A stretch of DNA of 64,000 nt from Planctomycetota bacterium. GTDB taxonomy: Bacteria > Planctomycetota > MHYJ01 > WSZJ01. Positions within the stretch are counted from its first letter, which is position 1. Every line of letters begins with the position of its first letter. Shown here in pieces: positions 38,409 to 48,658 of this stretch. The stretch lies in the NCBI GenBank assembly GCA_038060895.1, contig JBBTCT010000022.1, positions 128,001 through 192,000 of the forward strand. Direction: 5' to 3'. Position numbers and translations under genes: made by a program. Under the pieces are notes generated by a model. It was given only the letters and a program-made list of their open reading frames with translations, had not been told where the DNA came from and searched no databases.

Positions 38409-38972
38409 ATGACCGCGGGTCGCCTCATCGTCATTTCGGGCCCTTCAGGCGTCGGCAAGACCACGATCTGCCACGCCCTCCGCGGCCGCGGCCGGATCGT
38501 GCGTTCCGTGTCGGCGACGACGCGCGCCCCGCGGCCCGGCGAAGTGACCGGCCGCGACTATTTCTTCCTGACGCGGGAGGAGTTCATCGCGAAACGCGAC
38601 GCCGGCGGGTTCCTGGAGTGGGCCGAATACGCCGGCAACCTTTACGGCACCCCGAAAGACTTCGTCGAGAACCAGACGAAGGAAGGCAATTTCCCGCTTC
38701 TGGAAATCGAAGTCCAGGGCGTCGTTCAACTGCGCAAGCAGGGCTGGCCGGGCGTGTACGTCTTCATCGCCCCGCCGTCGATCGGCGACCTGCGCAAGAG
38801 GCTGGAAGGGCGCGGCAACATGCCCCAGGAAGTGATCGAGCGCCGCATCAAGGTGGCCGAGGAAGAACTCAAGCACCGGGAGCTCTACGATTTCACGGTC
38901 GTGAACGACACGATCGACCGTGCGCTCGCAGAGGTCCTGGAAGTCCTGGACAAGAAACTCAAGAAGGAGTGA
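38409..38972 (+). CDS. gmk: Guanylate kinase
   Basis: SGPSGVGKTT, SATTRAPRPGEVTGRDYFF, FLEWA, YGTP, FIAPPS. Confidence 0.96.
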   Translation: MTAGRLIVISGPSGVGKTTICHALRGRGRIVRSVSATTRAPRPGEVTGRDYFFLTREEFIAKRDAGGFLEWAEYAGNLYGTPKDFVENQTKEGNFPLLEIEVQGVVQLRKQGWPGVYVFIAPPSIGDLRKRLEGRGNMPQEVIERRIKVAEEELKHRELYDFTVVNDTIDRALAEVLEVLDKKLKKE

Positions 38973-38976
38973 CCGC

Positions 38977-39204
38977 ATGATTGCTGCAAAGATGAAGATC
39001 GAAGACGCCATCCGCAAGGCGGGCGGGCGTTTCAAGCTGACCACGCTGATCCAGAAGCGCCTGCAGGAGCTCAACAAGGGAGCGCCGGCGCTGGTGGAGA
39101 TGCCGGGCAAGCCGATGATCGACATCGTGCTTGAGGAGATCCTGACGGACAAGATTGCGCTCGTGACCGAGCAGGAATTGAAAGATCAGCTGCTGCAGGG
39201 GTAG
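38977..39204 (+). CDS. rpoZ: RNA polymerase omega subunit
   Basis: GGRFKLTTLIQKRLQEL...IVLEEI; follows gmk. Confidence 0.9.
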   Translation: MIAAKMKIEDAIRKAGGRFKLTTLIQKRLQELNKGAPALVEMPGKPMIDIVLEEILTDKIALVTEQELKDQLLQG

Positions 39205-39216
39205 ACCTTTTCGGAG

Positions 39217-39303
39217 TTACACGGAGGGCGCAGAGTTCACGGAGGACACGGAGACGAAATTTCATTCTCTGTGACCTCTGTGATCTCCGTGACCTCTGTG
39301 TAA
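39217..39303. repeat. Nonamer-periodic inverted-repeat element (CACRGAG family)
   Basis: ACACGGAGGGCGCAGAGTTCACGGAGGACACGGAG ... CTCTGTGACCTCTGTGATCTCCGTGACCTCTGTGT. Confidence 0.8.
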
Positions 39304-39325
39304 AAACGGAAAGATCAGCGACTCG

Positions 39326-39895
39326 ATGACCACGAAACGAATTGTTATCGGCGTCTGCGGCGGCATCGCCTGCTACAAGGTGTGCGATGTCGTGTCGCTT
39401 CTCTACCAGCGCGGCTTCGACGTCACCGTCATCATGACCGCCGCGGCTCAGAAGTTCGTGAAGCCGTTCACGTTCCAGACTCTCTCGCACAAGAAGGTCT
39501 ACACCGACCTCTTTGACGAGACCCAGCACGACCCTTCGCATATCTACCTCGCCGACAACGCGGACCTTTTCCTCATCGCGCCCGCGACCGCCGACATCAT
39601 CGCGAAGCTCTCCATCGGCATCGCCGACGACCTCCTCTCCACCTGCGCCCTCGCCCTCAAGGCGCCCCTCATGATCGCGCCTTCCATGAACGACAACATG
39701 TGGAACCACCCGACCGTGAAGGCGAACCTCGCCACCCTCGGCTCGCGCGGCGCTTTCTGCGTCGCCCCCGACGTCGGCTACCTCGCCTGCGACCGCGTCG
39801 GCACCGGGCGGTTGCCGGCGCCCGATGCCATCGTCGCCGCCGTTGAAAAACTGCTCGGGCCCGGACCGGGGCGCGCGTTCCCCGCGGGAAAGTAG
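39326..39895 (+). CDS. coaC: Phosphopantothenoylcysteine decarboxylase (stand-alone)
   Basis: GGIACYK, APATADIIAK, APSMNDNMW, LACDRVGTGRL. Confidence 0.92.
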   Translation: MTTKRIVIGVCGGIACYKVCDVVSLLYQRGFDVTVIMTAAAQKFVKPFTFQTLSHKKVYTDLFDETQHDPSHIYLADNADLFLIAPATADIIAKLSIGIADDLLSTCALALKAPLMIAPSMNDNMWNHPTVKANLATLGSRGAFCVAPDVGYLACDRVGTGRLPAPDAIVAAVEKLLGPGPGRAFPAGK

Positions 39896-39900
39896 TCGCC

Positions 39901-40527
39901 GTGCGCATCCTCATCACCGGCGGCCCGACGCACGAATACCTCGATCCTGTGCGCTGCCTTACGAATCCGTCCACGGGGCGGATGGGAATGGCGCTGGCGC
40001 GGGCTTCCGCGAAGCGCGGCCACTCCACCGTGCTCGTGACCGGGCCCACGATGTTTCCGGACCCGAAGGGCGTGCGCGTGATCCGTGTCGTGAGCGCGCT
40101 CGACATGGATCGGGCGGTGCGGCGCGAGTTCCCGAAGTGCGACGCCGTGATCGGAAGCGCCGCGGTGTCCGATTACCGGCCCGAGGAGGAGGCCGCTTCC
40201 AAGATCAAGAAGGGCCCCGCGACGATGACGTTGCGCCTCGTGAAAAACCCCGACGTCCTCGGCGGCTGCGGCGAGCGCAAGGGGAAGCGGCTGCTGGTCG
40301 GATTCGCGCTGGAAACCGACTGCGGCCTGGAAAACGCGGCGGACAAGATGCGTCGCAAGCACCTCGACCTCGTCGTCCTCAACGGCCCGGAATCCTTCGG
40401 CGCTGACCGCATCGGCCCGACGTTCCTGACGCCGGATGGGAAGCGGAAGGCGTTCGGGGCGATGACGAAGAACCGGCTTTCGGCGCTCATCGTGGAATTT
40501 GTCGAGAAGATCGGGCTGAGTCGCTAG
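39901..40527 (+). CDS. coaB: Phosphopantothenate-cysteine ligase (stand-alone)
   Basis: ITGGPTHEYLDPVRCLTNPSTGRMG, AAVSDY, NPDVL, VGFALET. Confidence 0.92.
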   Translation: MRILITGGPTHEYLDPVRCLTNPSTGRMGMALARASAKRGHSTVLVTGPTMFPDPKGVRVIRVVSALDMDRAVRREFPKCDAVIGSAAVSDYRPEEEAASKIKKGPATMTLRLVKNPDVLGGCGERKGKRLLVGFALETDCGLENAADKMRRKHLDLVVLNGPESFGADRIGPTFLTPDGKRKAFGAMTKNRLSALIVEFVEKIGLSR

Positions 40528-41534
40528 CGCGGCCGGCGTCCCGCCGCTTGCAGTACGGACAGTGCTTCGACTGTGACCCACTCATTCATCGCGCGCCGGC
40601 TGGTCCCGCCCCAGTCGACCCGATCGGCGCCGAGCGTTAAGGCTTGCCCCACTTTGTAGTACCGCTTCTCTGCGGGCCACCCACCGTCTTCCAGCCGCTT
40701 CGACTCGAGCAGGTCCAGCGCCGCCGCGCAGCGCGCGTCCTTCACGAACCCCGCCGCGGCCATGACGCGCAGGCCAGCGAGGATGTCGTAATGCCAGTAA
40801 GAGGGGAAGTGGAGCAGCGAGAATTCAGGGTGAATGGGTTTGCCGGTGGAGCGGCGCTTGAAAAGGTGCCGTGAGAGCAGCACGTCGGAGGCTCGCGCGG
40901 CGGCCAGGCGTGCCGGCTTCGAAGACTTTTTCCGCGCGTAGAGCGCCAGGCCGCGAAGCGGCCAGATGGTCTCGACGAAACTCGACGTGTCTGCGGAAGG
41001 ATTCTTGTCGCAGTTCCAGCCGCCGTCCGGCCACTGCCAGTGGAGGAGCCGTTCGACGAGCCGGGGGACGCGTCCGTCGTCGAGGCCGAGCGCGAGGATC
41101 GCGAACAGCGCGTTGCCCTGTTGCGACGCGCAGCGGCGGTGGCGGCCCTGCATGACCGGGACGCCGTGCTTGCCGTACGCCTGAGAAGAGGACTTCGCTT
41201 CGAACTCCGCGAAATAGAACGGGTCGAGCCAGGCGTCGAGGACCTGGTCGCGGACCGGGAAAAGCGCGCCATCGCCGGGCGGGTACCCGAGTTCGGCGAG
41301 GTGAAGGAGGACCCAATGGGCGCCCTGCCACTTGGCGTAGGGATGTCGCGCAGGCTCGACGCGTCCCTCCCTGTCCCGCGCGGAGAGCAGGGCTCGGACA
41401 CGCGGCGAGCGGCGGATTTCCTCCCGAAGCGCTCGGTTCGTCGGCGAAGTCGCCGATTCTCCGAGGACGCGCACCCGCATTCCCCATCGGACAGACGGTT
41501 CCGCGCTGTCCAGGAGACGATCTACAACCGGCAT
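40524..41534 (-). CDS. Hypothetical protein with prenyltransferase/squalene-oxidase-like repeats
   Basis: QWPDGGWNC and KRLEDGGW motifs, HFPSYWHYDIL. Confidence 0.75.
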   Translation of the reverse strand: MPVVDRLLDSAEPSVRWGMRVRVLGESATSPTNRALREEIRRSPRVRALLSARDREGRVEPARHPYAKWQGAHWVLLHLAELGYPPGDGALFPVRDQVLDAWLDPFYFAEFEAKSSSQAYGKHGVPVMQGRHRRCASQQGNALFAILALGLDDGRVPRLVERLLHWQWPDGGWNCDKNPSADTSSFVETIWPLRGLALYARKKSSKPARLAAARASDVLLSRHLFKRRSTGKPIHPEFSLLHFPSYWHYDILAGLRVMAAAGFVKDARCAAALDLLESKRLEDGGWPAEKRYYKVGQALTLGADRVDWGGTSRRAMNEWVTVEALSVLQAAGRRPR

Positions 41535-41610
41535 CGCCGTCGCGCCTCGGCGCATCCGATTCGCTCCTCTGGTTCCAGGTCCGGGAGATGACGTTATCAT
41601 CTCGCCGCGT

Positions 41611-42255
41611 ATGGACCCTTCCCTCATCGACCGCTTCTACGCCGCCCTCGCGCTGGACCCGGACCGGATGCGCACGCCGGCCGGGCCGGACGTGCCGCTG
41701 GACATGCTGACGGGGGACAAGGAGCCGCCGCCGTGGGTGAGGTGGAGGGTAGTGCCGGGGCGGCTGGCGGGGGAGACGTTCAGGAAGTGGGAAGAGGAGC
41801 ACGGGGTGCACCTGCCGGAGTCGTTCCGCGAGTGGTTCCTGGCGCGGCACACGCTCACGCTGGACTGCGGCATCCTTCGACTCGCCTGCTCGCCGTCGAA
41901 CAAGCCGTTTGCGGACCTCGACGAACTGCTGGAGTGGGACGAAGAGCCGATCCGGTCGCGACAGATCTTTCCGATCGGCGACGAGTCGCTTTACAACGCA
42001 GGGCCGCTCTGTCTCGACCTGCGCGAAAAGCGCGAAGAACCGCCGGTGGTTTACTGGAACGCGAACGCGGAGGAGATTTCGGCGCCGGTGTTTTCGTCGT
42101 TCCCGAAGCTGCTGGAGCTGACGGCGTTCGCGATGGAGACGGGGCTGAAGCTGTTCAACGATGAAGCGTTGCTGGCACAGTTCCTCGCGCTGGACCCTGA
42201 AGGTGCGGGTGGGCCGGGGAAGGCGTACTGGAGGGACGACGGGCTTCCGGACTGA
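41611..42255 (+). CDS. SMI1/KNR4 (SUKH) family protein
   Basis: WEEEHGVHLPESFREWFL, IFPIGD, LCLD...PPVVYW, SSFPKLL. Confidence 0.75.
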   Translation: MDPSLIDRFYAALALDPDRMRTPAGPDVPLDMLTGDKEPPPWVRWRVVPGRLAGETFRKWEEEHGVHLPESFREWFLARHTLTLDCGILRLACSPSNKPFADLDELLEWDEEPIRSRQIFPIGDESLYNAGPLCLDLREKREEPPVVYWNANAEEISAPVFSSFPKLLELTAFAMETGLKLFNDEALLAQFLALDPEGAGGPGKAYWRDDGLPD

Positions 42256-42347
42256 CACGGAGGTCACGAACACCACCGAGGGCACAGAGGAAAGACAAAT
42301 AATTGTTCCTGTCTCGGTGCTCTCTGTGGACCTCGTGCCCTCCGTGT
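42255..42347. repeat. Nonamer-periodic inverted-repeat element (CACRGAG family)
   Basis: ACACGGAGGTCACGAAC...GGCACAGAG ... CTCTGTGGACCTCGTGCCCTCCGTGT. Confidence 0.75.
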
Positions 42348-42423
42348 ACCAGCAAATCCGCGTCACTCTCAACTTAACCGCTTTTCCCGAACCTTCCTCC
42401 GCGCCACACGTCAAAATACCCAC

Positions 42424-43236
42424 ATGCCCGCTCGCCCGCCTGCCCGCTTGGCCCTTCTTCTCGCGCTCGCCGCAGCGGTCGCCGCAGGCCCGCCGGGCAC
42501 CGATGACCCCTTCAAAGACGCGGTCACCAGCACTTTCAATCACGTCCGCGCCCACGCGGCCTCCGCTCCTCCGGAGTCGCTCGACCAGGACGACCTGAAG
42601 GCGCTGATCGGGCTGTTGTCGGATCGCGACGTGAGGGTGCGGCAACTCGCGGCCGGCGGGCTGGGACTGCGCGCCGGAGAGGCCGGAGAGCGAGGTGCGA
42701 GGGCGCTCGTCGCAGCCGCAGTCGATCCCTACTCCGGCCTCGATTACCACGCACCGCGAGCGCTGGCGATGTTCGGGACCTCGGCTTATGGGCCTATGCG
42801 CGACACGCTCGCCGGCAAGGACGTGCTCTCCGCCTCGAGGATCTGGCGGCTCTTCCGCTCCCAGGACAAAGGGAAGGACCTCTGCCTCGTCTTCATGTGC
42901 CGCGCGGTGACGGAAGAGAAAGACCCCGCGGTCCGCGCGATGGCCGCGCTTGTCATGCGCCACATCGGGCTCGCGGACCGCGATTCGGTCGCCGCCCTCT
43001 GGACCGTCGCGACCGGCGACGCACCTGCCAGCGTCCGAGCTGCTTCCATCCGCGCCTTCGGACGGCTCGGCGCGATGATGTCCTCGACCGACGAAACCGG
43101 TGCGACGCGCAAGTACCAGAAGGTCGTCGACGCGCTCCCCGCGCTGCGCGAGCTCCAGTCCGACGAGGATCCGGCGGTGAAGGCGGCGGCCATCGAAGCG
43201 ATGGACCTCGTGGAAGGCCGGAGGAGCCCGCGATGA
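42424..43236 (+). CDS. Secreted HEAT-repeat protein
   Basis: Signal peptide; DxDxxVRxxAA repeats. Confidence 0.75.
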   Translation: MPARPPARLALLLALAAAVAAGPPGTDDPFKDAVTSTFNHVRAHAASAPPESLDQDDLKALIGLLSDRDVRVRQLAAGGLGLRAGEAGERGARALVAAAVDPYSGLDYHAPRALAMFGTSAYGPMRDTLAGKDVLSASRIWRLFRSQDKGKDLCLVFMCRAVTEEKDPAVRAMAALVMRHIGLADRDSVAALWTVATGDAPASVRAASIRAFGRLGAMMSSTDETGATRKYQKVVDALPALRELQSDEDPAVKAAAIEAMDLVEGRRSPR

Positions 43237-44114
43237 AAGCGGCCCTCTGCTGTCTGCTCCCCCTGCTCGCGCTTCGCGCCGCGGCCGAGGACGGGCCGTC
43301 GCCGGAAATGGCGGCGATCCAGGCGGAGTTCGACGAGATGACGAAGGGCGGCCAGGGCAAGGCGGAGGCCGCGGACCGCATCGCGCGGATGAACCCGTTT
43401 CCCGGCGAGATCCTCTCGGGGTTCCTGGTCGAGTCCAAAGATCTCCGCTACCGGGAGTGCATCGTCATGGCCTGCGAGTACGCAGGCGCCGCTTCGAAAC
43501 CCGCCGTCCCCGCCCTCGCGCAGGTGATGTTCGTGCCGGATTTCGTGCTTCGGACCGGCGCGCTCGCGGCGCTGCGCGCGTGCGGCCCCGACGCCGCCGC
43601 GGCGATCCCTTCGCTCCTCAAGGTCCTTTCAAGCGACAAGGTCCTGCGCGGCGGCGCCGCGGAGCTCCTGCTCTGCGGCATGGGCGACGCCGGCCGCGAC
43701 GCGCTCAAGGCCGCGATCTCCGATCCCGATCCGGCCGTCGCGGCGAAGGCGATGACCGCCCTTTCCGACGCGCTCAATTTCAACAGGGCCGGCCCCTGGG
43801 CGCTTCTTGCCGAAGTGATCGCCGGCGAGAAGGACGTCTGGAGGCGTCTCTCCGCGGCGAAGAACGCGCGGCTGTGCCGCTACGAGCCGGGTGCCGACGC
43901 GCTTGTTCCCGTCCTCTGCAAGTCGCTCCTCGACGACGAAGATCCCGCCGTCCGGGCGGCCTGCGCCGCTTCGCTCCCCGAGCCCGCGAGCAGGAATCCG
44001 GATCTTCGCGAGATGGCGCTCGAAGCGCTGGAGGCGTCCGTCAAGGAGGACGCGGACGAAGGGGTTCAGGCGGCCTCGGCCGCGGCGGCCCGGCAGCTTC
44101 GCCCGCGGCGGTAG
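43233..44114 (+). CDS. Secreted HEAT-repeat protein
   Basis: ATGA overlap with upstream gene; signal peptide; AVPALA and DEDPAVRAACA repeats. Confidence 0.75.
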   Translation: MKAALCCLLPLLALRAAAEDGPSPEMAAIQAEFDEMTKGGQGKAEAADRIARMNPFPGEILSGFLVESKDLRYRECIVMACEYAGAASKPAVPALAQVMFVPDFVLRTGALAALRACGPDAAAAIPSLLKVLSSDKVLRGGAAELLLCGMGDAGRDALKAAISDPDPAVAAKAMTALSDALNFNRAGPWALLAEVIAGEKDVWRRLSAAKNARLCRYEPGADALVPVLCKSLLDDEDPAVRAACAASLPEPASRNPDLREMALEALEASVKEDADEGVQAASAAAARQLRPRR

Positions 44115-44178
44115 CGCTGGCCGTCGTGGCCGCCGATCCACTACGCTTGAGCGGACCCTCGACAACGGGAGACGCTCG

Positions 44179-45105
44179 ATGCACTTCAGGATCGCAGGCA
44201 CGCTTTTCTGGTCCATGACCGGCCTCGCCGCGCTGGCGCAGGGTGAAACCGAGGTCCGGATCAAGATGCCGAAGGGCGCGCGCTGGACCGTGGCACAGGT
44301 GCTGGAGGTCCAGAGCGAGAACCTCGATCCGAAGGGAAAGAGCGAAGGGAGGTCGAAGAGCCAGCCCGATTTCCGGCTGGCGGAGAGCTGGGTGGACGAA
44401 TGCGTGGCCGAGGAAGACGCAAAGCCCCTCTCCATCCGGCGAACGGTGGCGTCGTCGCAGGTGTCCGTCCGTTCCGGGAAGCTCCTCGCCACCGGGATGG
44501 ATCAGGCGGTGATCGCGATCGAGCGCAAAGGCGCGGATCTCAAGGTGGTCGCCGGTAACCCGGACGAAAAGTCGCTCGCGGTGCTGCGACTTGGCCCGCC
44601 CGAGGCGGTGGAGTTGCTGTGTCCGGAGAAGGCCGTCAAGACGGGCGCGACCTGGGACGTCCCGCAGGAAGCGGTCCTCCGGCTCCTCGATGCTCTCGGC
44701 GCGTCCATTCCCAGCCTGACGGGGAAGGACGCCGAGAACGCGAAGACGGAATTTGCGCAGGGCATCGGTGGCGGAACGCGGTCATTTGCGGAGGGCGTGG
44801 CTCTTCATGCAAAGGTCGCCTCCGTGCGCGCCGGCGAACTCAAGATCGAGCTGGAGGGAAACCGCGAATTTGAAGGGATGAGCAGCGGCTCGGTGAACGG
44901 CAAGAAGCCCGACGTGAAGAACACGATTGCGATCCGGGGCACGTTCACGGTCAACGCCGAGACGGGCGTTCCGGTGTCGCTGGACCTGACGATCGTGCAG
45001 GTCGAGTACGACGGGAGCCGCGTCGTCGTGGGGGGAAAGGCGCCGGCGATTCCGGGGATCCGGGAGACCTGGCGGCTCAATCGCACGTATACGGTGAAGA
45101 AATAA
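44179..45105 (+). CDS. Secreted hypothetical protein
   Basis: Signal peptide (LAALAQG), beta-rich sequence, GGGAG RBS. Confidence 0.7.
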   Translation: MHFRIAGTLFWSMTGLAALAQGETEVRIKMPKGARWTVAQVLEVQSENLDPKGKSEGRSKSQPDFRLAESWVDECVAEEDAKPLSIRRTVASSQVSVRSGKLLATGMDQAVIAIERKGADLKVVAGNPDEKSLAVLRLGPPEAVELLCPEKAVKTGATWDVPQEAVLRLLDALGASIPSLTGKDAENAKTEFAQGIGGGTRSFAEGVALHAKVASVRAGELKIELEGNREFEGMSSGSVNGKKPDVKNTIAIRGTFTVNAETGVPVSLDLTIVQVEYDGSRVVVGGKAPAIPGIRETWRLNRTYTVKK

Positions 45106-45116
45106 CGCGCCGCGTC

Positions 45117-46922
45117 ATGAGAGCCGCTTCCATTGCTGTGCTGGTCCTGTTCTCGGCAGGTTGCGCCGAGCGCCGCGTCGAAGCGCCGGCGATGCCGGAA
45201 CTCCGGACGGTGGAAACCGCGATCCGGGCGGCGATCACCGGTGTCGGCTCGACCGAGGCCGGACAACCCGGCTACCTCGGCGTCGCCGTCGCTTCCGGCG
45301 ACGACGGTGCGGTCTCGGTGATCGACGTCGCCGCAGGTTCTCCCGCCGCGAAGGCAGGCGTGAAAGCCGGCGACGTCCTGCTCGAGCTCGACGGGCAGAC
45401 GATCGCCGACGGCGAAGATCTCCGCGAACGCTTGCTGGCCTCGACGCCGGGCACCGCGGCGCAAATTCTCATCGAGCGCGACGGCACCGAGCTGACCCTC
45501 TCCGCCGAAATCGGCGCGGTCAGCCGCCCTCTTGCGCTCGCCGCACAGCGCGCCATCCTCGGCATCCAGCTCGGCACTTCCACCGACGGCCGCGGCGCGC
45601 CGATTTCGCGCATCACGAAGGACTCGCCGGCGGAGAAGGCAGGCCTGAAGGTCAAGGACCTGCTGCTCGCAGTCGACGAGCAGCCGGTCAACACGCTTCT
45701 CCAGCTCACCGACTACCTCGCGACGAAGAATCCCGGCGACGCGGTCACGCTCGTGGTCGAACGCGCCGGCAAGCCTGAAGCCATCCGCGCGATCCTCATG
45801 GCCGACCCCGCGGCGGAACCGCGGCTGCCCTCGTACTGGAAGAAGGACCTCTACCGGCTCGCCGTGATCGGTGTCGAATACCCCGATACGAAGCACAACC
45901 CGAAGGTCGCGCTCAAGGACTGGGAGGAACAGTTCTTCAGCACGGGGACGTACGCCGACCGCCGAAGCGCCACCGGCCAGCCCGTCTTCGGCAGCCTGAA
46001 CGACTACTACCGCGAGCAGTCGTGCGGCGCGTTCCGCATCGAAGGAAAAGTGTTCGAGTGGGTCGAGGTCGAAAAGAAACGCACCGACTACGCGCCCGGC
46101 ACCGGAAGCAAGGCGCAGGACGCGTTCTTCACCGAAGTCGTCACGAAACTCGAAGCGCGCGACGGCAAGGACGCCCTCGAAAGCTTCGACGGCATTCTCT
46201 TCATCTATGCCGGCACCTGGCTCCAGACCAACCGCGGCGGCCTCTACTGGCCCCACCGCGGCACCACCACGATCGTCCGGAAGCGCTGGCCTTTCATCAT
46301 CGTCCCCGAAGGTGGCCCGCGCATGACCAACATCAGCGTCGTCGCGCACGAGTTCGGCCACATCCTGGGCCTCCCCGACCTCTACGCCCGCCCCGAAAAT
46401 CCGGGCTCCACCGGCCTCGGCGGCTGGAGCCTCATGTCCAACCAGGTCAGCAACGGCCGCCCGCAGCACATGGACCCGTGGTGCAAGGAGCAGCTCGGCT
46501 GGCTGAAGCCCGCGGTCATCGACCCGCGCGTCCCGCAGCGGTTGGTGCTGTCCCCGGTCGAGGGAAGCGCCACGGAGTGCTTCAAGGTGTTGGTCCGCCC
46601 CGACGGAAGCGAGTACTTCCTCCTCGAGAACCGCAAGAAGCACAAGTTCGACCGCGACCTCGCCGCCGAGGGCCTTTTCATCTGGCGCGTCGTGAAGCGC
46701 CACCCGTCGCTCGTCGTCTCGCACGGCGTCGACGGCCCCGTCGGCCCCGGCGTCTTCCTCCGTTCCGTCCCGTTTCCCAGCGCCTCCAACGACGCCTTCA
46801 CCCCGTATACCACCCCCTCCAGCCGCGCCCAGCTCGGCGGCGGCTGGCCGGTGTCGATCACGAACATCCGCAAGCTCGAGGATGGGAGGACCGAGTTCTT
46901 GATCGGGGTGGAGTACGAATGA
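45117..46922 (+). CDS. Lipoprotein with two PDZ domains and an M6 (immune inhibitor A-like) metalloprotease domain
   Basis: Lipobox FSAGC; GYLGV/SPAAKAG and ILGI/SPAEKAG PDZ motifs; YYREQSCG, AHEFGHILGLPDLY, WSLMS, LLENR. Confidence 0.88.
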   Translation: MRAASIAVLVLFSAGCAERRVEAPAMPELRTVETAIRAAITGVGSTEAGQPGYLGVAVASGDDGAVSVIDVAAGSPAAKAGVKAGDVLLELDGQTIADGEDLRERLLASTPGTAAQILIERDGTELTLSAEIGAVSRPLALAAQRAILGIQLGTSTDGRGAPISRITKDSPAEKAGLKVKDLLLAVDEQPVNTLLQLTDYLATKNPGDAVTLVVERAGKPEAIRAILMADPAAEPRLPSYWKKDLYRLAVIGVEYPDTKHNPKVALKDWEEQFFSTGTYADRRSATGQPVFGSLNDYYREQSCGAFRIEGKVFEWVEVEKKRTDYAPGTGSKAQDAFFTEVVTKLEARDGKDALESFDGILFIYAGTWLQTNRGGLYWPHRGTTTIVRKRWPFIIVPEGGPRMTNISVVAHEFGHILGLPDLYARPENPGSTGLGGWSLMSNQVSNGRPQHMDPWCKEQLGWLKPAVIDPRVPQRLVLSPVEGSATECFKVLVRPDGSEYFLLENRKKHKFDRDLAAEGLFIWRVVKRHPSLVVSHGVDGPVGPGVFLRSVPFPSASNDAFTPYTTPSSRAQLGGGWPVSITNIRKLEDGRTEFLIGVEYE

Positions 46923-47092
46923 CGGATCAACACACCGCCTATACGCAGATGCCGGAGTTCGACGGTATCTACCTCGACGATGCATTCCTCCTGGAGGTCT
47001 GCGACGCGCGGCCGGCCCCCCTGACGCTCGAGGACTGGGAAGCGGAGATGAGGAAGAGAGAGACGTAGCGGCGCCGGGCGGGCCCCCGGGAA

Positions 47093-47605
47093 CTACGCCT
47101 TCCTTTTAGAAGTCGCCTTCTTCGCTCCCGCCTTCCCGGCCCCTTTCTTCCCGCTTTGCGCCTGGAACTTTTCGATGGCCGCGATGTACTTCGCAGCTGG
47201 CACCCGCCGGATCGCTTCCCCGATGACGTCCAGGGCGAGATCCTCCGCCGACTGGAACCGGATGCACGACTTGCCCATGTCGAGCTTCTTGCCGGTCTTC
47301 GCCCATTCCCTCCGGAACCACGCGGCATGCTCCGTGTCTCCGTAGACGCACATCAGGTAGAGCGAGCTGTAGTTCTTCTGCGCCGCGAGCCCCGCGAACG
47401 GCAGCGGCTGCCGGGGGTCGCAGTGATAGCCGGCGGGATAGACGCGGTGCGGAACATACCAGCCGATCATCCCGTACTGGATGCCCTCTTCGTAGTCCTT
47501 GTCGAGATTCGCGTTGACCACTGTGCGCACCGCCTCGATGGCGGCGCGGCGGTCGGCGGGGACGGAAGCGAGGTAGCTGGCGAGGGTGGCGGGTTTGGCG
47601 GGCAT
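47093..47605 (-). CDS. DUF1801 family protein
   Basis: YLASVPADRR, YGMIGW, AAQKNYSSLY, DMGKSCIRF. Confidence 0.85.
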   Translation of the reverse strand: MPAKPATLASYLASVPADRRAAIEAVRTVVNANLDKDYEEGIQYGMIGWYVPHRVYPAGYHCDPRQPLPFAGLAAQKNYSSLYLMCVYGDTEHAAWFRREWAKTGKKLDMGKSCIRFQSAEDLALDVIGEAIRRVPAAKYIAAIEKFQAQSGKKGAGKAGAKKATSKRKA

Positions 47606-47806
47606 CGGGGGGGATCCCTGTGAATTGGAGGCGGCGATTGTAGCGGCGGCGGTGTCTGTAGCAGGGACACCGCGGACGGGCATATCCCTCGAAGAAATCC
47701 GGATTCCTGCGGATGAAGCGCCGCGGAGGCTGAAACCGGGGGTGCCGAAGGACCGTGAGGAATGCCACGGAACCCGTAGAATCACGTCCATCTTCTGGAG
47801 ATCGCC

Positions 47807-48658
47807 ATGAAACACGCAGCCCTCGTTCTGACACTTCTGTCCGCATCCGTCGGCTTTGCCGAGGACGCCGGGAAAACTGATGAACCCGCGCTGACGATCG
47901 ACATCTGCCACGTCGAGGACGGGGACAAGCCGTGCGAGGCGTACGCGAAGGACAACGTCTGCGGCGCTGAAAAGCACTGGCATTGGGAGATCGAGGGGAA
48001 GGACGTTGCCCCGGAGGAAAAGGTCCGGGCGCGGATCAGAAATCACTCCGATCTTGGAAAGGCCGTCCTCGCAGACAGGATCTCCGAGGGATCCGTGGTG
48101 TTCCGCGTGGACCCGAACTCGCCCTGGTGGCTCGCCCAGATCACGATGAATTGGTGCGCGGAAGCGGGCATCTACCGGATCGAGTGGTGCCGTGTTCCGT
48201 TCCGGGAGCGGAAAGCCGCGGCGGCGGAAGGACGCGCCCTGCCGGCCCTCACGATGGTGAAGGTCTGGCTGCCAAAGGACTCGGGCATCGACCCCGACGC
48301 GCCGCCGATCTACTTCCCGCCCGATGACGAAGGGGACGGAAAGAAGGAAGAGCCGAAGGACGAGCCGTCGGACGCATGGATCGACGTGCGCGTCTTCATC
48401 AAGTACGACGCCGCCAGCGACGCCGTCTCCCGCAAGGTCGCCGGTCGAGAGGTTCTGGCCGACGACGACCTACTCATCGAGACCCTCAAAGCCGTCGTGG
48501 AAAAGGCGAAGAAGGGCGGCCGGAAGAATCCAGCCGTCATCGTCGACGCCGCCCCCGAGACGCCCTTCAAGGCGGTCGCCCACCTGACGGACCTCTGCCG
48601 CGGGCACAAGTTCGATAAGGTCGAGTTCGCAGCGCCGATGCCGGGGGCCCGGAAGTAG
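47807..48658 (+). CDS. Secreted hypothetical protein with ExbD/TolR-like C-terminal domain
   Basis: Signal peptide; VIVDAAPETPFKAVAHLTDLC...KVEF. Confidence 0.65.
   Translation: MKHAALVLTLLSASVGFAEDAGKTDEPALTIDICHVEDGDKPCEAYAKDNVCGAEKHWHWEIEGKDVAPEEKVRARIRNHSDLGKAVLADRISEGSVVFRVDPNSPWWLAQITMNWCAEAGIYRIEWCRVPFRERKAAAAEGRALPALTMVKVWLPKDSGIDPDAPPIYFPPDDEGDGKKEEPKDEPSDAWIDVRVFIKYDAASDAVSRKVAGREVLADDDLLIETLKAVVEKAKKGGRKNPAVIVDAAPETPFKAVAHLTDLCRGHKFDKVEFAAPMPGARK

Noticed and set aside
39326-40527. Split coaC/coaB as a frameshift or novelty
   Set aside because: Both halves have clean starts and stops; separate genes are known in several lineages
46919-47068. 49-aa ORF overlapping the M6 protease stop
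   Set aside because: Too short and without a motif I can support; possibly a gene fragment
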